Source: a virus | Length of the DNA stretch: 64,000 nt | Strand: one strand, 5' to 3' | Virus record (IMG/VR): IMGVR_UViG_3300032214_001034 | Span: 10,469-74,468 of that record | Shown here: one piece after another, positions 47,014 through 56,219 of the stretch | Position numbering within the stretch: position 1 is the stretch's first letter | How the letters are laid out: each line of letters starts with the position of its first letter | Translations under genes and position numbers: made by a program | Notes under the pieces: generated by a model | The model's input: only the letters and a program-made list of their open reading frames with translations | What the model was told of the DNA's origin: nothing | Database searches by the model: none

Positions 47014-47811
47014 ATGTCGCAGCTATACGTTGACAACATCAAAAACAGAACAGGTGGATCAGTTGGATTTCCGACTGGAATTGTTGTAACGGGGGTTGCG
47101 ACTGCTACGCAATTTAGTGGAAACATCACAGGAACAACAGCAACATTCTCTGGTAATGTGTCAGTTGGAGGCACATTAAGTTATGAAGATGTAACGAATG
47201 TTGATTCAGTCGGATTGATCACTGCAAGAAATGGTATTGATGTAACAGCGGGTGGTATTAATGCTGTTGGTGTTGTAAGTGCTACTAGTTTTGTCGGAAC
47301 TGCATTAAGTATTTCTGGTATTGGAACTATCAGCGACCTAAGTATAAAAGCAGCTGCAGAAACAGTATCAGTCGCCTCAACAAGTGATTTGGGTGGGGGA
47401 AAGGTTGTAATTGAGTGTGATGCAACAAATGGAACAGTATTTACTCACAATCTTGTGAATGGAACTGTTGGTATTGTTTCATTAAAAAATTTCCCAGTTA
47501 GAGGAAATTCTGTTACAACATATTCAATTATATTCAACCAACTTCCAACAACTCCTGCAGGGGCTGGTAATACAACTCCAGCAACAGGTATTGGAACTAA
47601 TATTACATTAACTCCTTCAGGTGTTTCTGGATTTACAACATCAGCAAGAGTTGCAACAGCATCTACTGTAACTCTTTCAACAACTGCAAATGATGTAGAT
47701 ATTGTAACTCTTGCAGTTCATTACAATGGTTCTGGAACAGGAACTCCAGGAAATTACAGAGTATTTGCAACAGGAAATACTGGATATAGATTCGGAACTA
47801 TTGGATTCTGA
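47014..47811 (+). CDS. Stalk with fused C-terminal adaptor domain (type C)
   Basis: MSQLYVDNI N-terminus, TLSYEDVTNVDSVG, C-terminal ..DI..L......NYRV domain. Confidence 0.6.
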   Translation: MSQLYVDNIKNRTGGSVGFPTGIVVTGVATATQFSGNITGTTATFSGNVSVGGTLSYEDVTNVDSVGLITARNGIDVTAGGINAVGVVSATSFVGTALSISGIGTISDLSIKAAAETVSVASTSDLGGGKVVIECDATNGTVFTHNLVNGTVGIVSLKNFPVRGNSVTTYSIIFNQLPTTPAGAGNTTPATGIGTNITLTPSGVSGFTTSARVATASTVTLSTTANDVDIVTLAVHYNGSGTGTPGNYRVFATGNTGYRFGTIGF

Positions 47812-47824
47812 TAGGAGGTAGATT

Positions 47825-48832
47825 ATGGCACCATTTTTTACTGGAATTGCAAAGAATATAGGTGGTTATGGATTTGGTAGAAGAAGAAGTGGGCCCGTTC
47901 CATTTTCTGCTACTGGAGGTACTTTAGTTTCTCCGGGAAATGGATATAATTATCACGTTTTTCTTACACCCGGAACTTTTACAGTAACTTCAGGAACTGC
48001 TAATGTAGAATATCTGGTAGTTGCTGGTGGTGGAGCAGGTGCTTATGATGGAAGATCCCCATCAGACCGACAAGCAACAGGTGGTGGTGCTGGAGGTTTA
48101 AGAACTAACTCACCAACAGCACCAGCACCATTAAAGGCACCAGATTTACCTCTAGACGCAGGAACATATCCTGTTAGTGTTGGTCCTGGAGGAGTTGGTG
48201 GTTTTGTTACTGGACCCGGTTCTGATGGATTTAGAGTAGGAAATAAGGGCGGAGATTCAACATTTCATACTATAACTTCAAACGCAGGTGGTGGTGGAGG
48301 AGGTCATTATCCACCAGCTGGAGGTAATGTCTATCCAGATATAACAGTATATAAAGGTGGATCTGGATCTAGTGGAAATGGACCATCAACATCTGATGGA
48401 AACTTTCCACCAACTTCTCCGCCACAAGGAAATCCTTCTGGTGCTGCAAGCGGACCTGGAGCTAGTGTTGGTGGTGCTGGTGGTGCTGGTGGTGTTGGGG
48501 GTCCAGGATTAACTGGTGCTGGCGGCGCTGGATTGGCAGTTCCTGCTTTTGCTGCGCCACTAATTTCGCCGGCAATCCCCGCACCAGTTCAACCAACTTG
48601 GATACCTGCTGTTGGACCTACAGGGTTGTATGCTGGTGGTGGTGGATCTACGAGTAATTTTTCTGATGGAACAATTATTGGACCTGGTGGACCGGGTGGA
48701 GGCGGAAGTGCTGGTAGACCTGCAGGATCTGCAGCAGTTACTTATACAGGTGGTGGTGGTGGGGGATCTGGTGGATCTGCAACTTTTGCATCTGGTGGAT
48801 CCGGAATTGTTATTGTTAGATATGTTGCATAA
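47825..48832 (+). CDS. Gly/Pro-rich adhesin tip (one domain)
   Basis: MAP...GFGRRR N-terminus; YNYHVF..PGTF; ends GSGIVIVRY. Confidence 0.65.
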   Translation: MAPFFTGIAKNIGGYGFGRRRSGPVPFSATGGTLVSPGNGYNYHVFLTPGTFTVTSGTANVEYLVVAGGGAGAYDGRSPSDRQATGGGAGGLRTNSPTAPAPLKAPDLPLDAGTYPVSVGPGGVGGFVTGPGSDGFRVGNKGGDSTFHTITSNAGGGGGGHYPPAGGNVYPDITVYKGGSGSSGNGPSTSDGNFPPTSPPQGNPSGAASGPGASVGGAGGAGGVGGPGLTGAGGAGLAVPAFAAPLISPAIPAPVQPTWIPAVGPTGLYAGGGGSTSNFSDGTIIGPGGPGGGGSAGRPAGSAAVTYTGGGGGGSGGSATFASGGSGIVIVRYVA

Positions 48833-48835
48833 AGT

Positions 48836-48864
48836 TTGACACTCCAACAAACATCCTATATAAT
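48836..48864 (+). promoter_or_regulatory. Consensus sigma70 early promoter for the oxygenase/halogenase cluster
   Basis: TTGACA-17 nt-TATAAT. Confidence 0.85.
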
Positions 48865-48887
48865 ATCACTGAATACATTATTCAAAT

Positions 48888-49508
48888 ATGGCATTTCAAT
48901 CAATTTGGTATTTTTCTGATCTACCAGAAGAAGTAGTAGATCTTGTAGAACGAGACCTTTCAGAAAAGTTCGAAGAGCAAATGGCAGACTCCAGATTGCA
49001 TGGAGACGCACTGAACAAAGATAAACGAAACTCACAAAACGCTTGGATCCCCACCACACATTGGGTTGGTGGATTCGTATGGCACTATATTGAACGTGCA
49101 AACCGCGAGAACTTCCTCTATGACCTTCGTTGTATTGATGGAGAATCAATGCAGTTCACGAAGTATAGTGAAGGACAGTTCTATGGTTGGCATAATGACG
49201 CAGGTTTAGCGACTCAATACAAACCTGTAAGTGTTGGTAATCGTCAGGATGGTCTGGCACAAGATTTCTTGAATGAGAATATTGAACTTGTACGTAAACT
49301 TTCATTCGTGGTCCAACTCTCTGACCCCGATGATTATGAAGGTGGCAATCTCCAACTTCTTGATGAAGCAGGGAATAGTTATATTGCTCCCCGTAAGCGT
49401 GGCACTGTGATTCTGTTTGATTCCCGCACACAACATAGAGTTCTTAAAGTTACAAAAGGAACCCGTAAGAGTTTGGTAGGTTGGTGCGTAGGCAGCCGTT
49501 GGAAATAG
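48888..49508 (+). CDS. 2OG-Fe(II) oxygenase (prolyl-hydroxylase/PKHD type)
   Basis: Y.WH.D, RKLS..VQLS.P.DYEGG.L, H.V..VT.G.R.SLV.W. Confidence 0.9.
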   Translation: MAFQSIWYFSDLPEEVVDLVERDLSEKFEEQMADSRLHGDALNKDKRNSQNAWIPTTHWVGGFVWHYIERANRENFLYDLRCIDGESMQFTKYSEGQFYGWHNDAGLATQYKPVSVGNRQDGLAQDFLNENIELVRKLSFVVQLSDPDDYEGGNLQLLDEAGNSYIAPRKRGTVILFDSRTQHRVLKVTKGTRKSLVGWCVGSRWK

Positions 49509-49557
49509 AAACTTCGGTGGAACTGACTAAATAGTTATATCTATATTGAATAAAACT

Positions 49558-50268
49558 ATGGAAAATCATTATGTTTACTATTCTTATGAGGAGTTTGGGA
49601 GGGGTTACATAGGTTGTAGGACCTGCGAATGTCTCCCAGAAGAAGATCAATATATGGGGTCTTTTACTGATGAAACATTCAATCCAACCAACAAGATAAT
49701 CCTTGAAACTTTTTCTACAAGAAAAGAAGCACTTCAAGCAGAAGTAGATCTCCATAAGTTTTATCAAGTAGACAAAAATTCTCACTTTGCTAATAAAGCA
49801 AGACAAAAAACAACTGGATTTTATTATTCATTTAAAGGAGCAATTCGCACAGAAGAATACAAAAAGAAAATGAGCGAAAGACTTAAAGGTAGAGAAATAA
49901 AACCAGAATGGATTGAAAAAATGAAAGAAAATCTAAAACCTGCTTTTGGTGAAGATAATCATTTTTATGGAAAAAATCACACAGAAAAATCTAGAAAAGA
50001 AATTTCAAATTCCCTCAAAGAATATTATACAAATAATTCACATCCTTGGTCTGGTAGAAAACATAGTGAAGAATCAAAAGTAAAATTTAGAATAAAAAAC
50101 TCTGGTGAAAATAATCCAAATTTTGGAAAAATACAAAGTGAAGAAACAAAGGAAAAAGTTAGATTAGCAAAAATTGGTAAAAATTGGTGGTCTAATCAAA
50201 TGGAAGAAAAATTTTGTAAAGAATGTCCTGGTGAAGGATGGAAACTTGGTAGAAAGAAAAGGAGGTAA
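49558..50268 (+). mobile_element. Free-standing GIY-YIG (Seg-like) homing endonuclease with NUMOD3 repeats
   Basis: YVY...GRGYIG..Y.GS; G.+H[ST]E[EK]S repeats; late promoter TAAATA at 49528; inserted between two oxygenase genes. Confidence 0.8.
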
Positions 50269-50271
50269 GTT

Positions 50272-50994
50272 ATGGCAGAACAAATGAGCGAACTGCAACT
50301 AATGATGCAGGAAAGGATGAATACGGGAACTGCTTGGACTCGTAATGAATCCTTTGAAAAGAATGGATATTTGGTAATCAAAGACCTTTGGGACCCAGAA
50401 GAACTTTATCATCCTCTGCCACCAGAACGTGGACAGATGAACTGGTGGGGTAAAAAGATTGACCAGTTTACTCATACACCAGTAGAACAACAGGTTGAAG
50501 GTTCACTTGCGCGTTATTGGCACCCACAATATCGTCAGATTCACTGTGGTATTCGCACAAAACTAGAAGAAGCACTGGGTCGTAAACTTTATAATACTTA
50601 TTATTATGATAGATATTACTTCCCTGGTCAGGAACTTACACGTCACGCAGACCGTGATGCCTGTGAGATTTCTGTGACGGTTCATATCAGCACTAATCTG
50701 GAAGGTAAGGATGCTGATTGGCCGATCTTTATTAAGACACCAGACCAATACGCAGACAAAAAGAAAACCCAGGTATTAGTTCCTGGTGAGAACCGTTCTG
50801 TGGTTCTCAAAGCAGGTGATGGTATGGTTTATAAAGGTTGTGAACGCCCACACTGGCGTGATCCGATGCCTGGTGCAAAGAAGAATAAAAAACTGTTTGG
50901 TAAAACTTCTGAACTTTATTTTCATCAGATCTTTTTTCACTACGTGCTTCAAGATGGACAACGTGCCCACTGTGCTTGGGATAGAGCACGATGA
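50272..50994 (+). CDS. 2OG-Fe(II) oxygenase
   Basis: L.RHADR.ACEISVT, WPI, GDG..YKGCE..HWR, QIFFHYV. Confidence 0.8.
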   Translation: MAEQMSELQLMMQERMNTGTAWTRNESFEKNGYLVIKDLWDPEELYHPLPPERGQMNWWGKKIDQFTHTPVEQQVEGSLARYWHPQYRQIHCGIRTKLEEALGRKLYNTYYYDRYYFPGQELTRHADRDACEISVTVHISTNLEGKDADWPIFIKTPDQYADKKKTQVLVPGENRSVVLKAGDGMVYKGCERPHWRDPMPGAKKNKKLFGKTSELYFHQIFFHYVLQDGQRAHCAWDRAR

Positions 50995-51542
50995 AAACTC
51001 CACTTTTTGAATACCCTTCTTATCAATATCAAATTGATGATTGGGATTTTAAAAAGAAGGGACTGCTAAATCGTATCAACTCTCAAAAGTTTGTAAGGAC
51101 TACACTTCAAACTTTTGAGACCGACAGACAAACAAACAAGAAGTCATATCTACATTACTTCCAAGACCTTATCAAACCTCAACTGTTTGAGTTTTGTCGG
51201 GAAGCAGAAGTTTCTTGTAGTATGACTGATTGTTGGTCTGTGAGATATAAACAAGGAGACCATCAGACCATTCACAATCATCGTAGTTGGGGATTTTCTG
51301 GTGTTCTTTATGTTGAGTATGATCCCAAACTTCATACTCCTACTTGTTTCGTTGCTCCTTGGCAAGACCCAAGAACTGATACAACAACATTAGCATATCC
51401 ACAAAATGTAAAGGAGGGAACATTAGTGATTGTTCCTTCTTATACTTTACATTTTGTACATCCCAATCAAGTAAGAAAGCAGAGAACGATTATATCTTTT
51501 GACTTACTTCCCAAACTACCAGAACACCAAGCAATCCAGTGA
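50991..51542 (+). CDS. 2OG-Fe(II) oxygenase (TIGR02466-like)
   Basis: H.H....SGVLY, EG.L...PS...H.V.P.....R..ISF. Confidence 0.8.
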   Translation: MKTPLFEYPSYQYQIDDWDFKKKGLLNRINSQKFVRTTLQTFETDRQTNKKSYLHYFQDLIKPQLFEFCREAEVSCSMTDCWSVRYKQGDHQTIHNHRSWGFSGVLYVEYDPKLHTPTCFVAPWQDPRTDTTTLAYPQNVKEGTLVIVPSYTLHFVHPNQVRKQRTIISFDLLPKLPEHQAIQ

Positions 51543-52960
51543 AAATAGTTATTGTAGGAGGCGGAACCGCAGGATGGATTTCCGCCCTCATTCTTCAAAA
51601 GGAAACAGATCATAACATCACTTTGATTGATAGTTCTTCTATCGGACCATTAGGTGTTGGTGAAAGTACAACAGGACTCTTTGGACAAGTTATTCGTGCA
51701 TACTTGTCTGAGGAGGACTTTGTTGAAAAGTGTGGTTTAACTCCTAAATTAGGAACACAATTTATCGGATGGTCCGATAAAGATTTTTATTCTCCATTAG
51801 AAGGTACATTCTCAGCACATGATGAGTTTGATTATGCCTTCTATTATGGATTAGAAAACTCAAGACTGAATGATTATTCTGTATTCAGTTTATTTGCAAG
51901 TCAAGATAAGATTAATTTTAATAAGACAACTACAAAAGAAAAGTTTGTCTCTGATAGAAGGTATGCATATCATTTAGATACTTACAAAACAATTGCATAT
52001 CTAAAAGAAAAATGTGTTGAATCTGGTGTCCAATTTATTGATTCAAAAGTTGTAGATATTTCTTTAGATAAATTCAGAAACGTAAATCAAATCTATACAG
52101 AAGACTCTGCGATAGAGTGTGATTTTGTAATTGACTGTAGTGGTTTCAATCGTACAGTCATATCAGCATATAATCCTAACTTTGTATCTTATGAGAAATG
52201 GATGAGTGTCAATACAGGACTTCCATTTAACTTAAGTTGGGATGAGATTGAATATAAAAAACCTGTTACTACATCAAGAGCTTTATCTTGTGGTTGGATG
52301 TGGATGATTCCAACACAACATAGTATTGGTTGTGGAATTGTATATGACAATAACTTTGCAACACAAGATGAAATAGTTGCAGAAGTCAATGAAATACTTG
52401 GAGTCAATATAAAAATAAGAAAAGAAATTAAATTTAGATCTGGAAGACTGGATCAATCTTTGTGTCATAATGTTGCATCAATTGGCACTTGCTATTCATT
52501 CTTGGAACCATTACAAGCAACAAGTATTCATACAACAATTCTACAAATAGAACGATTGGTTCATCTATTAGAGAATAGTATTACTGTAGATGACTATAAT
52601 CTTTTTTGTGCAGATGTAGTTGATAATTATGCTGACTTTGTATCATTACATTATCAATTTAAGCATATTAATAATGAGTTCTGGCAAAGTAGAATTCCAA
52701 GAGAATATACAGCAGAAATGATTGAAAAATCAAAGAGACAAGCATTAACACCATATGATTATGATATTAATCGAGGACATTATGAACTAGTTGGTCATAA
52801 TTTATGGAGTTATATACTTGCTGGTGGTCATTTAGTAACTCATCAAAGAATAAGTTATACGGAAGAGCAGTTAAATAATATTCAACTTTGGGAAAATCAA
52901 ATTCCAGAAGTTTTAGAGAACTCTATGACATTCACCGATTTTCTGGGGATGTATAAATAA
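51539..52960 (+). CDS. Flavin-dependent halogenase (tryptophan-halogenase family)
   Basis: VGGGTAGW, GVGEST, AYHLD, IDCSGF, WMWMIP (WxWxIP), FLEPL.ATSI; GTG start. Confidence 0.88.
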   Translation: MKIVIVGGGTAGWISALILQKETDHNITLIDSSSIGPLGVGESTTGLFGQVIRAYLSEEDFVEKCGLTPKLGTQFIGWSDKDFYSPLEGTFSAHDEFDYAFYYGLENSRLNDYSVFSLFASQDKINFNKTTTKEKFVSDRRYAYHLDTYKTIAYLKEKCVESGVQFIDSKVVDISLDKFRNVNQIYTEDSAIECDFVIDCSGFNRTVISAYNPNFVSYEKWMSVNTGLPFNLSWDEIEYKKPVTTSRALSCGWMWMIPTQHSIGCGIVYDNNFATQDEIVAEVNEILGVNIKIRKEIKFRSGRLDQSLCHNVASIGTCYSFLEPLQATSIHTTILQIERLVHLLENSITVDDYNLFCADVVDNYADFVSLHYQFKHINNEFWQSRIPREYTAEMIEKSKRQALTPYDYDINRGHYELVGHNLWSYILAGGHLVTHQRISYTEEQLNNIQLWENQIPEVLENSMTFTDFLGMYK

Positions 52961-52975
52961 CTAGAAAGTCATAAA

Positions 52976-53383
52976 ATGACAAGAGCAAGAGACCTAGCAA
53001 GATTAGGCAATAGCCAAGCACTTTCGGTTGATAGTAACTTTAATGTTGGTATTAACTCCACACAACCCGATTCAAAGTTAGATGTTGTTGGTGTTGTTAG
53101 TGCTACTTCATTTTATGGTGATGGTTCAAACTTAACTGGTATTGCTGCTACTGATACAGTAAGCACCAGTTCTTTAAACGTTATTGGTATTTCCACTCTC
53201 GGTGGATTTACTACTTTTGGTAATAATGCTTTTATTGCGGGTATTGTAACTGCTACTAGTTTCAGCGGAACAGTCCCATCATCAAACTTAAGTGGAGCAT
53301 TACCTGCTCTTGATGGTTCTGCACTTACAAATCTCAATATTCCTGCAGGTTTTAACGAACTTGATGCAGCTTTGTTTAACTAA
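52976..53383 (+). CDS. Short stalk, C-terminus FNELDAALFN
   Basis: MTRARDLA N-terminus, VGI.ST.P, FYGDGSNLTGI. Confidence 0.6.
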   Translation: MTRARDLARLGNSQALSVDSNFNVGINSTQPDSKLDVVGVVSATSFYGDGSNLTGIAATDTVSTSSLNVIGISTLGGFTTFGNNAFIAGIVTATSFSGTVPSSNLSGALPALDGSALTNLNIPAGFNELDAALFN

Positions 53384-53405
53384 ATAATACAAAAAGTATA
53401 TACCA

Positions 53406-53807
53406 ATGGGACTTAAAAGAACTAAACTCTTAGGAATTCAAGCAGTTACTGGTATTAATACCGTTGGTATTTTGACGGTTGGCACCACTCCAACTGCTGG
53501 TGGTGTTGGTATTGCATCAACCACTTATCTGCGTGGTGTGGTGATGCATAATACTGGACTTGCAACCTGCACCTCATCACTTTATGTTTATCCAAGCACT
53601 GTTGCAGTTTCTGGTGTAGGACAGACGGCATATCGTTTAGCGAGAGTTGACTTAGCATCTAACGAAACTTTCTTCTTTGAGATGAACTACCCACTGGTTC
53701 TGGTAAATCAAGAAAAGATTGTTGTAGAAGTTACAGCACCAGCATCAGGAGGAACGGGTATTGGTAGTGCAGTAAACTATCAAATCCTTGGTGACACTGA
53801 CATCTAA
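53406..53807 (+). CDS. Fibre adaptor protein, type B
   Basis: Close paralog of 35581 ORF (STTY.R.VVMHNTGL, GGTGIGSAVN). Confidence 0.6.
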   Translation: MGLKRTKLLGIQAVTGINTVGILTVGTTPTAGGVGIASTTYLRGVVMHNTGLATCTSSLYVYPSTVAVSGVGQTAYRLARVDLASNETFFFEMNYPLVLVNQEKIVVEVTAPASGGTGIGSAVNYQILGDTDI

Positions 53808-53822
53808 TAAGAGGTAGTTAAA

Positions 53823-54857
53823 ATGGGTGCAAGAAGTTCTAATAGTAATAGGGGACAAAATAATCGTAGTGATGGACACTTATTAGAGTATTTCCGTAAT
53901 ACTTTTGTTCGTGGTGGTGGTGGTACTAATGTCAATATCAGTTTTCTTGCTACTGGTGGAGACATTGCTAGTGCTTTATCTCCAGGAAACGGGTATAAGT
54001 ATCATACTTTTTCCAGTCTTGGAACTTTTACCGTTAATAGTATTGGAAATAAAGGCACAAAATGCGAAATATTAATTGTTGCCGGAGGAGCATCTGGTGG
54101 ATCTGATAGAGGTGGTGGTGGTGGCGCCGGTGGCGTAGTTCATTACACTAATTTGAGTTTATCGGTTGGGTCTTATACAGTATCTGTTGGTGGTGGAGGA
54201 GCATCAGTTACTGGGTCACCCGGAAATTCTGGCAGTGATAGTTCATTTGGAACTAGTCCATCCCCAACTTATCTAGTATCTAAAGGTGGTGGTGGTGGAG
54301 GATATAATTCTGGTGGTGGTCTAAATGGTAAAATTGGTGGTTCTGGTGGCGGCGCAAACTATGGCGGAAATCCAGGTCCAGCAAATCAATCATCTCAAAA
54401 TCCTTCATTCGTAGGATTACCTGGATTTAATCAATATGGAAACAATGGTGGTACTGGTTCCGGAGGTCCAAAGTTTCAAAATGGAGGTGGAGGTGGTGCC
54501 GGTGGTGCCGGAGGAAATGGAAATACTGGATCAACCAATACCGGTGTTGGTGGAGTGGGAATTCAAATTCCTGCTTTTTCTGGTCCTCTTATTGGCATCC
54601 CTGCCCTGAATCCATTAAGTGCTTTTTTTGCAGGTGGTGGTGCTGCTTCTGTTGGTTCTGAAAATGGTTATGGAACGCCATATTCTCCAGGAGCATCTGG
54701 CGGTTCTGGTGGTGGTGGACCATCTAACCCAGAACCTCCCGGCACTGGAAATCCAGGAACTCAATATTCTGGTGGAGGTGGCGGTGGTGGTCACACCGGC
54801 GCAGATTCTTCGGGTTCTGGTGGTGATGGTCTTGTTGTTATTCGATATTTAGAATAA
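53823..54857 (+). CDS. Gly/Pro-rich adhesin tip (one domain)
   Basis: AL.PGNGYKYHTF and PAF.GPLIG.PAL.PLS shared with 35982 ORF. Confidence 0.65.
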   Translation: MGARSSNSNRGQNNRSDGHLLEYFRNTFVRGGGGTNVNISFLATGGDIASALSPGNGYKYHTFSSLGTFTVNSIGNKGTKCEILIVAGGASGGSDRGGGGGAGGVVHYTNLSLSVGSYTVSVGGGGASVTGSPGNSGSDSSFGTSPSPTYLVSKGGGGGGYNSGGGLNGKIGGSGGGANYGGNPGPANQSSQNPSFVGLPGFNQYGNNGGTGSGGPKFQNGGGGGAGGAGGNGNTGSTNTGVGGVGIQIPAFSGPLIGIPALNPLSAFFAGGGAASVGSENGYGTPYSPGASGGSGGGGPSNPEPPGTGNPGTQYSGGGGGGGHTGADSSGSGGDGLVVIRYLE

Positions 54858-54865
54858 ATAACATT

Positions 54866-54914
54866 ACCTAAACATTTACAAATTTAGGTGGGGGAGTAAA
54901 AATACTCTCTTTTT
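54866..54914 (+). ncRNA. Candidate tiny late RNA 1 (hairpin plus terminator)
   Basis: TAAATA 54855; ACCTAAA...TTTAGGT hairpin; GGGAGTA/TACTCTC-TTTTT terminator. Confidence 0.35.
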
Positions 54915-54977
54915 ATATTTGTGACTTTATGATATAATAAATACTTTCACACTAGTAATCATTCATATAAGAAAACG

Positions 54978-55406
54978 ATGGCACATTTCGCACAACTAGA
55001 TGAAAACAATGTTGTTACTCAAGTCATTGTTGTGAGTAACGAAGATACTTCTGACTCAAATGGTGTAGAAGTAGAAGAAATCGGTGTAGCATTCTGTAAG
55101 AAACTTCTGGGTGCTGACACCAACTGGAAGCAGACTTCATATAATAACAATATGAGAGTTCGTTATGCCGGTATTGGTTATACCTATAATGAAGAACTGG
55201 ATGCTTTTGTACCCCCCATCCCATTTTCCAGTTGGATATTAAATGAAGAAACTGCTGATTGGGAATCCCCACTTAGACCTGCTCCAGAACTTACTGAAGA
55301 AGAAATTGCTTCTAGAAGTTTTTACAGATGGGACGAAGAAGCATATCAAGCAGACAATACTACCGGATGGGTTCTAGAAACTCTTGAAGCACCTGTAGAG
55401 GAGTGA
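54978..55406 (+). CDS. Conserved 'MAHFA' phage protein associated with Gly-rich tips
   Basis: MAHFAQLD.NNVV..VIVV...WKQTSYN...R..YAGIG..Y....DAF.PP.P..SW. Confidence 0.7.
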   Translation: MAHFAQLDENNVVTQVIVVSNEDTSDSNGVEVEEIGVAFCKKLLGADTNWKQTSYNNNMRVRYAGIGYTYNEELDAFVPPIPFSSWILNEETADWESPLRPAPELTEEEIASRSFYRWDEEAYQADNTTGWVLETLEAPVEE

Positions 55407-55417
55407 TAAATACTAAT

Positions 55418-55472
55418 ACCTGATGGACCGCAATCTTTTCAGGTTGGAGGGGCAGTAATGTCCCTCCTTTTT
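55418..55472 (+). ncRNA. Candidate tiny late RNA 2, antisense to the endonuclease leader
   Basis: TAAATA 55407; ACCTGA...TCAGGT hairpin containing GGACCGCA; GGAGGG/CCCTCC-TTTTT terminator. Confidence 0.45.
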
Positions 55473-55507
55473 AATATAAATACATATGCGGTCCTAATGG
55501 TAGAAAA

Positions 55508-56191
55508 ATGTCTAACAAAAAGTATCACTATACCTACTATTCTTATGAAGAATGGGGGAGAGGATATATTGGTTGTAGAAGTTGTGATTGTTTGCCTGAA
55601 GAAGATGTAAAATATCTTGGATCATTCTACGACAAAACCTTTAATCCAACCCAAAAAATAATTCTAGAAACTTTTAAAACGAGAAAGGATGCAATTCGTG
55701 CAGAAATAGAAATGCATAACTTCTATGATATTGCAGCAAATCCACACTTCGCAAATAAAGCAAAACAAACCTCTACAAGATTTACTCAAGCGGGCGTAAG
55801 TCCATCTGAAGAGACGAGAAAGAAATTGAGTAAAGCAGGTAAAGGTAAAAAAAGAAGTGAAGAAACAAGAAAGAAAATAAGTCAGTATCAGAGGAGTAAA
55901 AGTTTAAGTGAAGAAACAAGAGAAAAGGTTCGTCTAGCAAATATCGGTAAAAAGTTATCACCAGAAACAATAAGAAAAAGAGAGGAGACAAGAAGAAAAA
56001 ACTACGAAAAAGGTCCAAAAAGAGTTTTAAGTGAAGAAAGTAAAAGAAAAATAAGTCAATCTGTTAAAAATTTGCCAAGCACTATTTTTATAAATGATGG
56101 ATTTGTATCTAAAAGAATAGAAAGAAATGTATCAATACCCGATGGTTGGGTAAGAGGTAGATTACCAAAAAACCCCGCCACCAGCACCTGA
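55508..56191 (+). mobile_element. Free-standing GIY-YIG homing endonuclease with NUMOD3 repeats
   Basis: YTYYSYEEWGRGYIG; SEETR.K.S repeats; own late promoter TATAAATA at 55475; paralog of 49558 ORF. Confidence 0.8.
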
Positions 56192-56219
56192 AGAGGATCC
56201 TGCTTGATATAGATAAGAA

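Noticed and set aside
49509-50271. Group I intron around the first endonuclease
   Set aside because: Flanking oxygenase genes are each complete and the spacers (about 50 nt and 3 nt) are too short for a ribozyme core
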